DNA from: Candidatus Obscuribacterales bacterium
Lineage (GTDB): Bacteria > Cyanobacteriota > Vampirovibrionia > Obscuribacterales > Obscuribacteraceae
DNA: 64,000 bases
Direction of reading: 5' to 3'
NCBI GenBank assembly: GCA_965228855.1
Contig: CBDDIJ010000003.1
Span: 3,456,001-3,520,000 of the forward strand
The notes below the pieces were generated by a model that had not been told where the DNA came from, did no database searches, and saw only the letters and a program-made list of their open reading frames with translations. This document shows, one piece after another, positions 29,795 through 40,700 of this stretch; within the stretch, counting starts at the first letter, position 1; every line of letters begins with the position of its first letter. The position numbers and the translations under genes were made by a program.

Positions 29795-30196
29795 ATGTCT
29801 GACGACGGAATTCAGAAGCAACCGGCGCAACTCCAGGTTGAGATGGCATTATCGCGCACGATTCTTGCGTCAGATCGAACACTGCTTGCCTGGATCAGAA
29901 CGTCTCTCTCGCTATTCGGTTTTGGTTTCACCCTTGCAAAATTCATTCACGGCTACATCTCCAGTGGTGCCATGCGCGGTATCAACCCGGATACAACGAG
30001 AAACATCGGAGTGGCAATGATCGTGCTTGGTTTCTGCGGATTGATAGGCGGAATCTGGGAGCACTATAAAACGGTCAAGCAGCTCGAGATGCCGGCGCGA
30101 ATTTCGGTTGCATCTCCAGCGCTGTTTATGGCAGGCGCTCTTTCTCTAATCGGGCTTTACCTCGTGTACGACCTTATGACTGAGTCGATAAAATGA
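29795..30196 (+). CDS. DUF202/YidH family membrane protein
   Basis: LASDRTLLAWIRTSLSLFGFGF motif and three TM helices. Confidence 0.9.
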   Translation: MSDDGIQKQPAQLQVEMALSRTILASDRTLLAWIRTSLSLFGFGFTLAKFIHGYISSGAMRGINPDTTRNIGVAMIVLGFCGLIGGIWEHYKTVKQLEMPARISVASPALFMAGALSLIGLYLVYDLMTESIK

Positions 30197-30984
30197 AAAC
30201 AACTTTTCGCGTATTCTCGTTTACAGCGCTAATTGGCGCACTGATTCTGGCTTCAACGATGACACTCGAGGCAAACTCACAAGACATGAAATCAAATCCG
30301 AAGGACAGTTCCTCTTGCATGGAAAGACACGGTCATGATGACGGAAGCTCTAACCATGAGCATCAACATAAAAAACATTCATCATCGAAACACATGCACA
30401 AGCGCTTCGATGATGCGGAAAAGTGGGCGCAAAAATTTGACGATCCTAAGCGCGACGAATGGCAGAAACCTGACCAAGTCGTCGAGGCGCTGGCACTGCC
30501 GGAGGGCTCTGTTTTAGCAGATATCGGGGCCGGCACAGGATACTTCACCGTGCGACTGGCGAAACGCTATCCAAGTTCAAAAATAATCGCCGTCGATATA
30601 GAACCGGATATGGTGGCATACGTAAGCAATCGTGCAAAAGCGGCAGGGTTGAAAAACGTCGATACATGCCTGACATTTGCAGACAAGCCGGTCACATTGC
30701 CGGAGAAAGCCGATGTGATATTCATAGCAGACACCTATCACCACATCCCGAATCGCGATAAGTACTTTTCACAACTCAGACAGTTCCTCAAGCCGGACGG
30801 AGAACTCGTAATCATCGATTTCAAACTCGAATCGCCGGAAGGTCCGCCTATCGAACACCGCATTCGACCTCAAGACGTCAAGGACGAACTCAAGGAGGCA
30901 GGCTTCGAGCAAAAGAAGTCCATCGAAATTCTGCCTTACCAGTACTTCCTGGTGTTTACACTTATGGATAAAATCGGCAAATAA
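30193..30984 (+). CDS. class I SAM-dependent methyltransferase with signal peptide and His-rich linker
   Basis: RDEWQKP, LADIGAGTGYF, AVDIEP, DTYHHI and LKPDGELVIIDF. Confidence 0.88.
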   Translation: MKTTFRVFSFTALIGALILASTMTLEANSQDMKSNPKDSSSCMERHGHDDGSSNHEHQHKKHSSSKHMHKRFDDAEKWAQKFDDPKRDEWQKPDQVVEALALPEGSVLADIGAGTGYFTVRLAKRYPSSKIIAVDIEPDMVAYVSNRAKAAGLKNVDTCLTFADKPVTLPEKADVIFIADTYHHIPNRDKYFSQLRQFLKPDGELVIIDFKLESPEGPPIEHRIRPQDVKDELKEAGFEQKKSIEILPYQYFLVFTLMDKIGK

Positions 30985-31270
30985 AGTAAAGCCTCCAGAG
31001 ATGCTTAGAATATAAACTGGTAATGAACGAGGGACTGGGTTAAACGTCTACCTTCCTGCAGACGCGGGAGGTTTTGACGTAATTTGACCTCTGCACGGGC
31101 GCGGGAAGGTTCAGACAAACCAGGAACTCCGCGCAGGCGCGCGATTTTCAGGTTTAATCCGGACTACGTAATTTCCCCACTGACTTTCGATATTGCGGCG
31201 CTTATGATTCAATCCTGCTCGATTTCCACCGAACAAACCGCCGGAAATCACGTTACTCTCGCTCTCAAAA

Positions 31271-32083
31271 ATGGTGTCAAAAATGGACGAACTTTTCCAA
31301 GCAAATTCAGATACTAAGCTCGCTACTCCATATTCACGCAATGAAGTTACGCTCAACGCCCTGCGCAGCGATGCCATCGAAGACCTCATCAAGAAGGGTG
31401 TCGAGTCCTCGTCCTCCAGCACCGCGCGCAGTACTGCGCAAGGTCTTGAAGTAAACACCACAGATAACAAGACTCATCAGCAAAGCAAAATGGTCGTGTC
31501 TGGCTCGGGGGAATTCGAGGCCGGCTTCCATGGTTTCCACACAGATGATCAGTGGAAAGGCAATTTCACAATCAAATCGACTGAAAATGGCAAGACGTCC
31601 ACCGAAAAGGCAACTTTCGATTACAGTGGCTCGATGTGGGACAACATCATGGGTCGCACAGACAAGGCGAACGTGACGGTGCAACGCACCGGTCTCGATG
31701 GCAAACCTATTCAGACTTACGTTCCTGCAATCTCAGAGGAAGTGATTAAGAACGGCTCCTACGTCATGGACCCTAACGGGCAGCCACTCCGCCATGCAAG
31801 AGAGGCCGGCAGCTCGACGAATTGCCAACTCGATATGTCTAACTCCCGAGGCGGCAACTACGATTGCAACTATTTGATCAAAGACTCGCGTCTCGGCAAA
31901 GACATCAGCTACAACGAAACCCGCAAAGAGTGGGCCAGCGGAAGTCACGAATTCAGAGCTGTGCTCAGAGATAGACAAGGTACAGTGCTCGGCATCGTAA
32001 GCCAAAACTTCAAAACCGATGCCGCCGGCAACCTCACCGAAGTGCAAACCAACGCACGTAAGCCAATGGACCTCAGAAAGTAA
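31271..32083 (+). CDS. hypothetical protein
   Basis: 270-aa ORF with protein-like composition, followed by a hairpin. Confidence 0.65.
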   Translation: MVSKMDELFQANSDTKLATPYSRNEVTLNALRSDAIEDLIKKGVESSSSSTARSTAQGLEVNTTDNKTHQQSKMVVSGSGEFEAGFHGFHTDDQWKGNFTIKSTENGKTSTEKATFDYSGSMWDNIMGRTDKANVTVQRTGLDGKPIQTYVPAISEEVIKNGSYVMDPNGQPLRHAREAGSSTNCQLDMSNSRGGNYDCNYLIKDSRLGKDISYNETRKEWASGSHEFRAVLRDRQGTVLGIVSQNFKTDAAGNLTEVQTNARKPMDLRK

Positions 32084-32122
32084 TTCAGATCTTCTGAGAA
32101 AAAGACCGAAGGAAATGAGAAA

Positions 32123-32156
32123 CAGGAGCCGGATTGCTTAATCCGGCTTCTTGCTT
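32123..32156 (+). terminator. probable terminator hairpin
   Basis: CAGGAGCCGGATT-GCTT-AATCCGGCTTCTTG followed by CTTT. Confidence 0.55.
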
Positions 32157-32232
32157 TGAGTACAACTGCCCGAGCAAGATGATAAAATCCGAACTGTCTG
32201 CGGGTTTACTCCACATCGGGGAGCATTTCATC

Positions 32233-33231
32233 ATGCAATTGCGTCGTTGTTTATCTATCGGTATCGTAACCACCTGTCTTTCCATCTCAGCATGGATAGC
32301 GGCTCCGGACGCGGCATTTGCGCAAGGAGCACCGTCGGTTTCCACCGTGACACTGCAAGTTGTGCCTGGCCAACAAGGTACTGAGCAGGTCATTACTCCC
32401 AAAGGTATGGTCGTTCCACTGCCAGGAGCAGGGGTAGACTCAAACTCGGTACAGATCTACATGGGCTCCCAGGGCGGTTTCTGGTACGTCGATCGAAACG
32501 GACAGAACGTCGATTTGACTTCTTATGTGGAACGCTACCGTTCGATGAACGGCGGACAAACGGCTCAGGTTCCACAATATGCAGCGGCCCCACAGCAGCC
32601 GGTAAACGTTTACAACCAACAAGGCTCCTCCGGGTCAAGCGGTGCTTCGGCATTGGGAACGGCAGCGGCTGCGGGTCTTGGCGCAATGGCAGGCTCAGCG
32701 ATGTCCGGAGCCTATTACAACAATGGATACTATGACCACGTCCCGTACGGAACTCCGATGTACTATCCGCATGGCGGAAATCCGTATTACGTCAACGCGA
32801 GCGGCAATACGGTCAATGTCAACCACAGCTATGAAGGTGCGTCAAACAACACCGCCGCTGCTGCCAATCGAGAAACCTATAACAATCAACACGCTGAAAA
32901 TCTGCAAAAACAGCAAGACTGGTATCAAAACCAACAGAAACAAAACCCGCAACAGTTCAAAGCCTGGCAACAAAGCGCGGGCGGCGAAAATCCGTTCGTG
33001 AATAACGAATCGCAGGGACGTTTCGGTCGAGGTGCGCAGCAAGCAGATGGTCAGGGTCGCGGAGGGCTGCTCGGCCGCCGCGGAAATGAACAGGGCGGGG
33101 CGCAAGGAGCCGGCGGGCGCTTCGGCGGCGGCGCAGCAGCTGAAGCAGGCGGTGGAAGATTCGGCGGTCGCCTGGGTGGCGCAGCAGAAGGCGGCGGTGG
33201 CGGACGTTTGGGTCGCCGCGGAAACCGTTAG
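32233..33231 (+). CDS. secreted Gly/Gln/Tyr-rich hypothetical protein
   Basis: Signal peptide ending AAFA, glycine-zipper-like AAAAGLGAMAGSAMSG and GGRFGG-type tail. Confidence 0.75.
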   Translation: MQLRRCLSIGIVTTCLSISAWIAAPDAAFAQGAPSVSTVTLQVVPGQQGTEQVITPKGMVVPLPGAGVDSNSVQIYMGSQGGFWYVDRNGQNVDLTSYVERYRSMNGGQTAQVPQYAAAPQQPVNVYNQQGSSGSSGASALGTAAAAGLGAMAGSAMSGAYYNNGYYDHVPYGTPMYYPHGGNPYYVNASGNTVNVNHSYEGASNNTAAAANRETYNNQHAENLQKQQDWYQNQQKQNPQQFKAWQQSAGGENPFVNNESQGRFGRGAQQADGQGRGGLLGRRGNEQGGAQGAGGRFGGGAAAEAGGGRFGGRLGGAAEGGGGGRLGRRGNR

Positions 33232-33266
33232 GGAACTTAGCCCGGCAATCTCCAGTTTGAGCAATT

Positions 33267-33300
33267 AAAAACGCGCGCCACTAAATATGGTGCGCGTTTT
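33267..33300. terminator. bidirectional rho-independent terminator
   Basis: AAAAACGCGCGCCA-CTAAATA-TGGTGCGCGTTTT between convergent genes. Confidence 0.75.
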
Positions 33301-33362
33301 GTTTCAACTAAGATAACGTTCTGATTTGGTTTTGAACGGAAGCGAGGTATAGACTGTTTCTC

Positions 33363-34193
33363 TTACCAGTTTCCGACCTCGTAATTAACGCCTGTTCTGT
33401 CCGGACGCGCTTCGCCCATATAACCGAACTTGGTATTACTCATACTGTAGCCGCCGGATGGCGTCTTCGAGAATGTCGTCACTGTGTTGTCCGGTCGATA
33501 AATTTTGATTTCGCCGTCCGGCGCTTTCACCATGCGACCGTCTACGCCATTGGGATACTTCACGAGATAATCATTGGTCGCCTTTCTCGGAATCAAAACC
33601 GTTCCATTTGCAAAGCCGTCTTCGATTGCATAGCTGCCATCAGGAAAGCGGCGCAAGTAGGCGGAAGAACCATCAACCATATTCATTTTAAGAACGATAG
33701 CCGGTCTGTTCATCGGCACGCCTTTCTGCTCGTACGGGTCGATATCTTGTACGGAAAACACAAACACCATGTCCTTGGCCATGTCCGAGGCGCTGGTACC
33801 AAGCTCTTTTCCGATCGCTTTGACGAAACTCTTCACCGGTCCTTTGTGTTTCTTTTTCTGGTCTTCCATATCGCCCGGTGTCAACCAGGGCGAAGTAGAG
33901 TTCCTCACCCAGGCTTCGGCTTGCCAGACGGGCTCGCCAGGCGGAGGAGCAGGTTCAGTGTGGGTAATTGTAGAAGCGTAAGATGGCGTCGGTTGAGCTT
34001 GAGCATCTTTAGTCGTCGTCACTTGCACGTTCTCAGAGCCACTGGTCGCGCTCGTTGAACTTGTAGTCGCTCCACCAGGAGCCGCCGTGCTCTGCGCAGG
34101 CGCCGATTGTTTAGCATCATCCGCAGCCGCTTGAACTTGCAAACTCAACGCACAAGTCATAGCCAGCGCAATTGTCATCACAGGACGCATCAA
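33363..34193 (-). CDS. hypothetical secreted protein
   Basis: GAGGAG RBS, signal peptide and short beta-hairpin repeats (FPDGS, YPNGV, RPDNT). Confidence 0.7.
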   Translation of the reverse strand: MMRPVMTIALAMTCALSLQVQAAADDAKQSAPAQSTAAPGGATTSSTSATSGSENVQVTTTKDAQAQPTPSYASTITHTEPAPPPGEPVWQAEAWVRNSTSPWLTPGDMEDQKKKHKGPVKSFVKAIGKELGTSASDMAKDMVFVFSVQDIDPYEQKGVPMNRPAIVLKMNMVDGSSAYLRRFPDGSYAIEDGFANGTVLIPRKATNDYLVKYPNGVDGRMVKAPDGEIKIYRPDNTVTTFSKTPSGGYSMSNTKFGYMGEARPDRTGVNYEVGNW

Positions 34194-34272
34194 CGTAACT
34201 CCTCATATGGTGAAGCCCAGACGATACCATCCGGGCTCCGCGCACATCTAGATTATTGCTCTAATATGTTTA

Positions 34273-35457
34273 CTAGGGCTGAGTTACGTGTCCGGCGAAC
34301 AAAATCTTACCGGTTTGTTTGTCATGTAAAACTACAAAGAACGGTCTGTCCACGATCATTTTGAACGGCGGTTTGGGATTCATTGCAGCGGATGTGGGAG
34401 CCATTTCAATACCGGTAACCGCCGCAGCCTCAGTACCTTCCTCATTCACTTCCATGAAAGTCTTATGTATCACTCGAGTGATAAACAGATTCACGTTTGC
34501 CATGTTTGGAAATTCAGCTCTTTTCGAATCGAATGCTATTCCCAGACCCAGCGCCGTGAGCGGTTTTACAAGCTCCAGCTTGTCTTCGATTTTGAACCGC
34601 GGCAATCCTAAATGCCCTTCGCTCTTGCGGAATTGCGATTTCCACGCATCCCAGTTTTTCTGTGTAAAACTTGCATCGAATGCGCTAAGTGTCGTGCCTT
34701 GTTTCGGCAAGAAGACATAGAGACTGAGCCGCTTGTCGGCATACTTCAAGTTAACGGATTGAAACTGTTCGTTCTCCAAATATTGAAAATCGCTGCGATC
34801 CATATTCATCATTTGCACTTTTCGCTTGTCACCACTCGCGGTGACGAAGTCCTGCGGTCTAGTCTCGCCCTTCTCAAACTTGTTCTCCCATGAGCCTTTG
34901 AAGTAGATGGCGTTTATCAAATACAAGACCGCGTTCGGATTGATCTGTTCCAGGATGCTCGGAATCTTGCCGTGAGTTTTTTCTGAGACCCAGGAGTTTA
35001 TGTCGTTGGTTGATGCCGGCGAACTGAAGTCTAGCGTTTTCAGCCCGGCATAGAAATTTTGCTTCGAAGATGCCAAAAATGCTTGTTTGAATTGAACGGT
35101 TTTTTCCCCGAACAAACCATTTGCAATCTCCAGCTTGGTCCCACCACCGGGATTTTGCAGGCTATCCATCATCTTCTTCGCATCTGCGGAGACTGAAGCA
35201 TCGGATGGATCTGCCAGGTCTAGAGTGGAGGCGAGAGCTTTCTTCGTGGCACCTGCAGACCCGGAGTAGGTCATGCTCAGCGCAGTCGAGACGCTCAAAG
35301 GTGAAATTAATAGATTTCGCTTGGGCTGCTCCTTGGCTAATTCTTGATAGAGCCTGAAGGGAAAGCTACTGTCGCTTGCTGGTGTCGCAGCAGACAACTT
35401 TCCGGAAAATGCGATCAGGGTGACAAGCACCATAGATAGTGGCAGACCAAACTTCAT
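34273..35457 (-). CDS. serpin (secreted serine protease inhibitor)
   Basis: NLLISPLSV, INSWVSEKTHGKI, NAIYFKGSW, LPRFKIE, hinge EEGTEAAA and DRPF. Confidence 0.95.
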   Translation of the reverse strand: MKFGLPLSMVLVTLIAFSGKLSAATPASDSSFPFRLYQELAKEQPKRNLLISPLSVSTALSMTYSGSAGATKKALASTLDLADPSDASVSADAKKMMDSLQNPGGGTKLEIANGLFGEKTVQFKQAFLASSKQNFYAGLKTLDFSSPASTNDINSWVSEKTHGKIPSILEQINPNAVLYLINAIYFKGSWENKFEKGETRPQDFVTASGDKRKVQMMNMDRSDFQYLENEQFQSVNLKYADKRLSLYVFLPKQGTTLSAFDASFTQKNWDAWKSQFRKSEGHLGLPRFKIEDKLELVKPLTALGLGIAFDSKRAEFPNMANVNLFITRVIHKTFMEVNEEGTEAAAVTGIEMAPTSAAMNPKPPFKMIVDRPFFVVLHDKQTGKILFAGHVTQP

Positions 35458-35528
35458 TTTACACCTCTATTGATTTGGCTTAGATTTGTCTCTTAGCATC
35501 AGACGACGTTTCCTCTTCCAAGAAAGGC

Positions 35529-36167
35529 TTACATCCAGGTCTCCTGATTATCGTAGTACATCGGTTGTCTGTCCGGATACTTTGCTTTGAACTCCGTATA
35601 CCGCTTTAGCAACTGTTCATAACGCTTGTCGGATGTTGCAATGTGGCGATGAGGATAGTCAATTAGAAACTGTTCCAAACGCCACATATTCCCAGGCGCG
35701 AAACGCCAGTCGAAGTTGCCCATTTCGTTTAAATCTACAACTGCATAGCCGGTAATGCGACCCGTGTAATCCACGTATGGATCGACGTAGCTTAAAGCCA
35801 GATCGCGGGCGGTTCTGAAGACTGGCTTACGTCCATGCAAGCCATTGTCTCTTGAACGAGCGACGGAGCCCCAGCCTTTATCCGTTTTAAAGACGTATAG
35901 AACGTGATCGAGTTGATCTATCGACTCGAAGCTTAAAAGCAACGGGGAGTAACCATGCTGTTCCAATATTACAGCCGCTGCCAGAGCGGCTTCCAGACAG
36001 TGAGCGGACTTACGTTTTACAACCTGCCGAAAAGAAACCAGCGTCTCACCCTTCTTCTCGAAGTTATATGGTAGAGATTTGAGATACGCCTGCACCTGTC
36101 TCGGCGTGCGATAGCGTTGAATGATATCCCACTCGACTTTAGTAAATTCGCTGCGGTCAGGCTTCAT
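35529..36167 (-). CDS. conserved hypothetical protein (possible Cys-His papain/transglutaminase-like fold)
   Basis: LPYNFE...AHCLEAAL...DHVL...WGSVARS...GRKPVFR; contains a candidate Cys/His pair. Confidence 0.65.
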   Translation of the reverse strand: MKPDRSEFTKVEWDIIQRYRTPRQVQAYLKSLPYNFEKKGETLVSFRQVVKRKSAHCLEAALAAAVILEQHGYSPLLLSFESIDQLDHVLYVFKTDKGWGSVARSRDNGLHGRKPVFRTARDLALSYVDPYVDYTGRITGYAVVDLNEMGNFDWRFAPGNMWRLEQFLIDYPHRHIATSDKRYEQLLKRYTEFKAKYPDRQPMYYDNQETWM

Positions 36168-36475
36168 AGGAAGTTATTTTAACAGCCGCCCGGTCGACTA
36201 TGGTGAGCAGCTATCACCGCATTTGATGGCATAACTTGCTTGTGTCGAACCTTTCGCAATCTCTCGATACACATTCAAAGTCATTTTTCGGATTATTTGG
36301 GCGTTTACGTTGGAAGTCATGAATATGAGTCGAATGTTCTAATTGTGTTTCAAAAAATTATGCCATAATGCCAAGTGTTCTTACTTTTCTAGTTTGCGTG
36401 CAGCCTCTTTACCTGGTTCGTATGGTTGCTGTCTGAGTTGGAACAATACCAGGACTACCACAGGTAAAATGACAG

Positions 36476-37390
36476 ATGGAAAATCCAGTTCTGTTTTGTA
36501 CGCTTACTCTTGTTTTCTACCTCTATCACACGCTCGGCGTCACCGTGGGTCTGCATCGCTTGTTGTCCCACCGCGCTTTCAAATGCCCAAAAGCAGTCGA
36601 GTATTTCTTCGTATCGGGAGCCTACCTGGCTTTTCACGGTGCGCCGATCTGGTGGGCTACGATTCACAGAAACCATCACCGCTACGTAGAGACGAAACTA
36701 GATCCACATTCTCCGAAAAACGGGATACTTCAGGCGTATTTTTTCTATCGCGATTTCAAGTATCCACCTCATATGAATCCGGAAAAACAATGCCCGGATC
36801 TCTGGAAAGATCCAGTCTACAGATGGCTCGAGCGAGGCGACGACTGGCGTTTGGCGTACGTGAAGTGCGTTACATTCAGCTTGTTGTTCCGTGTCCTGCT
36901 CTGGGCCTGCTTCGGCACTGAAGTGATGCTTGCAAGTTTTCTTGCGGGCTTCCTGGCGTGGAACATGCCACTAATTTTGAACATAATGTGCCATATCCCG
37001 AAACTCGGATATAAAAACTTCGCGGTCGCAGACGACAGCGTCAACAACCACTTCTTTGGTATCGTCGCTCTGGGAGATGGTTGGCATAACAACCACCATG
37101 CTCACCCAGGCAGCAGTCAGATGGGGCTCAAGAAGCATGAGTTCGACTTTTCCTGGTTTGTACTCAAATGCCTGCAAAAGGTCGGCTTGGTGTACACAAT
37201 CAATGAATCGATGCGTGCCGACAAGACAAACGAACTGGCGATTGCTGAAGAGGCTGACGAAGCTATGGATGCATTCGAAAGAGAACACAAGCTCGAAAGC
37301 GAACGGGAGGCTGACTTAGCGACGAGCGGTCATCGCACCCACAAACCATTTCGCCAGTCGGCGAATTCGAGATCTAGAAGCCGCCAATAA
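36476..37390 (+). CDS. delta-9 acyl-lipid/acyl-CoA desaturase
   Basis: His boxes GLHRLLSH, HRNHH and GWHNNHH, plus DPHSP. Confidence 0.93.
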   Translation: MENPVLFCTLTLVFYLYHTLGVTVGLHRLLSHRAFKCPKAVEYFFVSGAYLAFHGAPIWWATIHRNHHRYVETKLDPHSPKNGILQAYFFYRDFKYPPHMNPEKQCPDLWKDPVYRWLERGDDWRLAYVKCVTFSLLFRVLLWACFGTEVMLASFLAGFLAWNMPLILNIMCHIPKLGYKNFAVADDSVNNHFFGIVALGDGWHNNHHAHPGSSQMGLKKHEFDFSWFVLKCLQKVGLVYTINESMRADKTNELAIAEEADEAMDAFEREHKLESEREADLATSGHRTHKPFRQSANSRSRSRQ

Positions 37391-37417
37391 GGCTTCGGAG
37401 ACGGGTTCCGAAGCCTT
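37389..37417 (+). terminator. hairpin immediately after the desaturase stop
   Basis: AAGGCTTCGGA-GACGGGT-TCCGAAGCCTT with perfect 11-bp arms; weak T tail. Confidence 0.45.
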
Positions 37418-37711
37418 CTAGCAAGGAACGAAGGTTATTTTTAACCTCTCGTTGACAACACGCGAAGCCAGCCTGTCACCACGGAATAAAGTGACCGACT
37501 GGACTCTTGCAATCGCTAAAGCCGGACACGGCTTTTAATTCCGCGGATATCGGTCAAGTGCTGCCAGGAACGGCGCTCGTAGCCTTCCCACAAAAATAAC
37601 ACTTTCTTAGAGGCATTTAAGCTTGACCGCTTGTCAACCCTCTTGCACCTCGCTTCCTTCGCACATACTATATGTACATTCTCTCTTCCATTATCAGCCG
37701 TGGTGAATTAG

Positions 37712-40700
37712 ATGAAGATGGCGATATTTCCCCGCCGGGGAATCTGTCTTGCGCTGACAGTTATTTTCAGCTCTACCTGTTTAGCCCCTGGTGTCGATGC
37801 TCGTCAGCGATACAGCACGATTCAAGGCAATATCCGAGAGGAAGCTGAAATTGAGCCATATGAAGGTGGCAAAAAGGCCGGTCCCGTTCAGGACTGGGAA
37901 TTGCTTTGCAAGATCGAAGGAGATGCAGAGCTAAAAGCAACCGTCATAAAAGAGGCTGAAGAAGGAAAACTAGATCAAATTTTCGTTCTCGCTTGTATGA
38001 ATCTGCAAGGCAAGGGCGTTCCCAAAAACCTGACTGCAGCTTTCGAACTATTCAAAGCCTGCGCAAACAAGGGACATTCTTCTTCGCAGAACAATCTCGG
38101 ATTTATGTTCGAAGAAGGAGTCGGCACAAAGAAAGATTTGAAACAGGCGATGACCTGGTATCAAACCGCCGCCGACTACAACAACGCCAATGGTCTCTGC
38201 AATCTGGGCAACATGATCGAACATGGTCGAGGCGTACCGGCCAACCCGGAACAAGCCTACACGCTGTACCAGAAGGCATCGGAATTAGGCAGTAAAGTTG
38301 CCCGCCAAAATGTGATCGGATACGAATTTGAGCGTGACCACAAGTGGAAGTTAAAAGGCATTGAGGTAAATCAAACTGCCACGGACGCCGCCAAGCAGAC
38401 TCTATCCTACAATCCAACCGCGGCTCTCTTCAAAAATTCGTCACCTCAAAGCAGCGCTGCTAAGACGGTCACCGCCACAGCTCCGGCAGCGGCGAAAGTA
38501 GCTGTGACGGCCAAACCAGCACCACCAGCAGTGGCAAAGCCGGAAACAAAGACGACACCGACAACCGATGTTGTTGCCAACGTCATTAGCAAACTAAAGG
38601 CTGCTGACAAGGCAAATACGGACAAAGCGGCGGCGGACAAGATCTCAAACAAGACCGCAGAAAAAGCGAAACCTGCGGCTTCTCCAGCCGATTCAAAAGC
38701 AACCGAGAAAAAACAGGATGTTCCGGCAGTCGCAACCGAGCCTGAGGCAAAACCAGCCGAGGCCCAGAGCGGTCTACAGGCAGGTACTCCAACACTGACA
38801 GCGATTTTGAATCGTCTGAGCAAAGGCACCAGCCTCGAGCAGGAGCAACCGACTGCTACAACGCCTGAGACGACGAAAGATGAAAAACCACAAGTAGCAT
38901 CCGCGCCCAAAGTGGCTCCCACAGAGCAGAAGGTCGAGGCCAAAGCTTCCGAGAAAACAGATAAAGCGGATACGAAGGCTGACAAGAAAGCAGACGCCAA
39001 CGAGAAGAAAGACGACGCCCGCGTAGAGAAAAAAGCTAAAGCGGATGCCAAAGCGGCTGAGAAATTAGCGAAGTCGGCTGAAAAGCAAGTTGACAAAAAG
39101 CCGGAGCCCAAGCTGTCCGCCACTGAGAAAACCGTCGTTGCAGCGGTAGAGAAACCAATAGAAGCCACTACGGAAAAAACAATTGCGAACGCCGAAAAAC
39201 CAGCTGCGAAACAGAATGAAACCGCAGTCGAGGTCAAGAAGTCTGCACTTGATACACCGATTTCTTACAAGGCACCCGCCCAGCCGGAAGTGAAACCTGA
39301 GGCTGTTGCAACTGCTAAACCGGAAGTTAAGCAAGCTGCCAAACCAGAAACCAAGCAAACCGGCAAACCGGAAGTGAAGACAGCACCCGCCGCCAAGACC
39401 GCCGCAAAACCGGAGACAAAGCCCGTCGTTGCGGCAAAGCCTACAGCTGCCACTACAGGCGGTGCTGACCCGAAGGTGAAGGAATTCAATAAGTTGGCGG
39501 AAAAATCAGCCAACCGCCCAATTCGCGATAAGTGGGCGTTAGTGATAGGCATCACCGATTTCCAGGACCCGGACATCCCGGACCTTCAGTACTCGGCCAA
39601 AGACGCCACCGACTTCTACAATTATCTAGTCAAGGAAGCAAATTTCCAGCCGGACCACGTACGCCTGCTGCTCAACGAACAGGCTACCCAGCGCAGAGTT
39701 TTGTCTGAACTCGGCTCGAAGTTCCTCGCTCGCGTCGTGAAACCAGACGATCTCGTCGTGCTCTACTTCTCGACTCATGGCAGCCCGTCGCAGCTTGACC
39801 CACGCGGGAAGAACTACCTGGTCGCGAGTGACTCCGACTCTGCCGACCTGTTCGCCACCGGCATCGAAATGCAAAAACTTCTCGACAGCATCCAGGGTCG
39901 CGTGCTGACCGACCGGGTTCTTCTCGTGATGGACGCATGCCACAGTGGCTTTGCGGCACCCGATTCAAAAGGAATGTCCAGACTGGGCAATTTTAAAGCC
40001 GAAGACCTGGCTCAGGGCTCCGGTCAACTGGTCATCTGCTCAAGCATGCCCGAAGAGCGAGCCTGGGAATCGACGAGATATCAAAACGGTGTATTCACCC
40101 GCAAACTACTTGATGGACTGCGCGCCAAAGGGACCGGCACTTCCCTTGTAGAGGCCTTCACGGCGGCCCGTAGCGCCGTCGGCAATGAGGTCCAGGAAGA
40201 CAGACCAGGAGCCAAGCAAACACCGGTTCTAAAAGGCAAATGGGATGGAAACGACCTCGTTCTGGCGACGCCGGCATATGCACCGCAGGCGATACCAAAT
40301 TCTGTTTCCCAGAACCTTGAGACAGATAGCCGCGTAGACCTCATTGCCTCAGCTTCCAGGCCTCAGGGAATTCGTAATGTTTCGGAAGACAAAGACACAG
40401 AGGGTGTGACGAAACCTACCAACGACTCGGCGCCTAGAAGTGGTGTGTTGTATCTGGACTCGCAATTCTTCAGCGTCCCTGGAGATCCGAAAGCCGTCGC
40501 AAAAGACTACGGCGACGCTATCAGAAGCAATGGCACGGACTCGGAACTTTACTTCCTGCGCGCCAAAGCCTTTATTCAACTTGGTGACTGGCATCAGGCG
40601 ATGACTTCATTGACCGATGCCATCCAGCTGAGCCCGAACCGCGCCCAGTACTACCTTGGACGCGCTTATGTAAACTTCCGGCTGGGGAAAAAGGTTCTCG

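Noticed and set aside
38446..39237. 263-aa hydrophobic minus-strand ORF
   Set aside because: Antisense shadow of the Lys/Ala-rich linker of the caspase-like gene.
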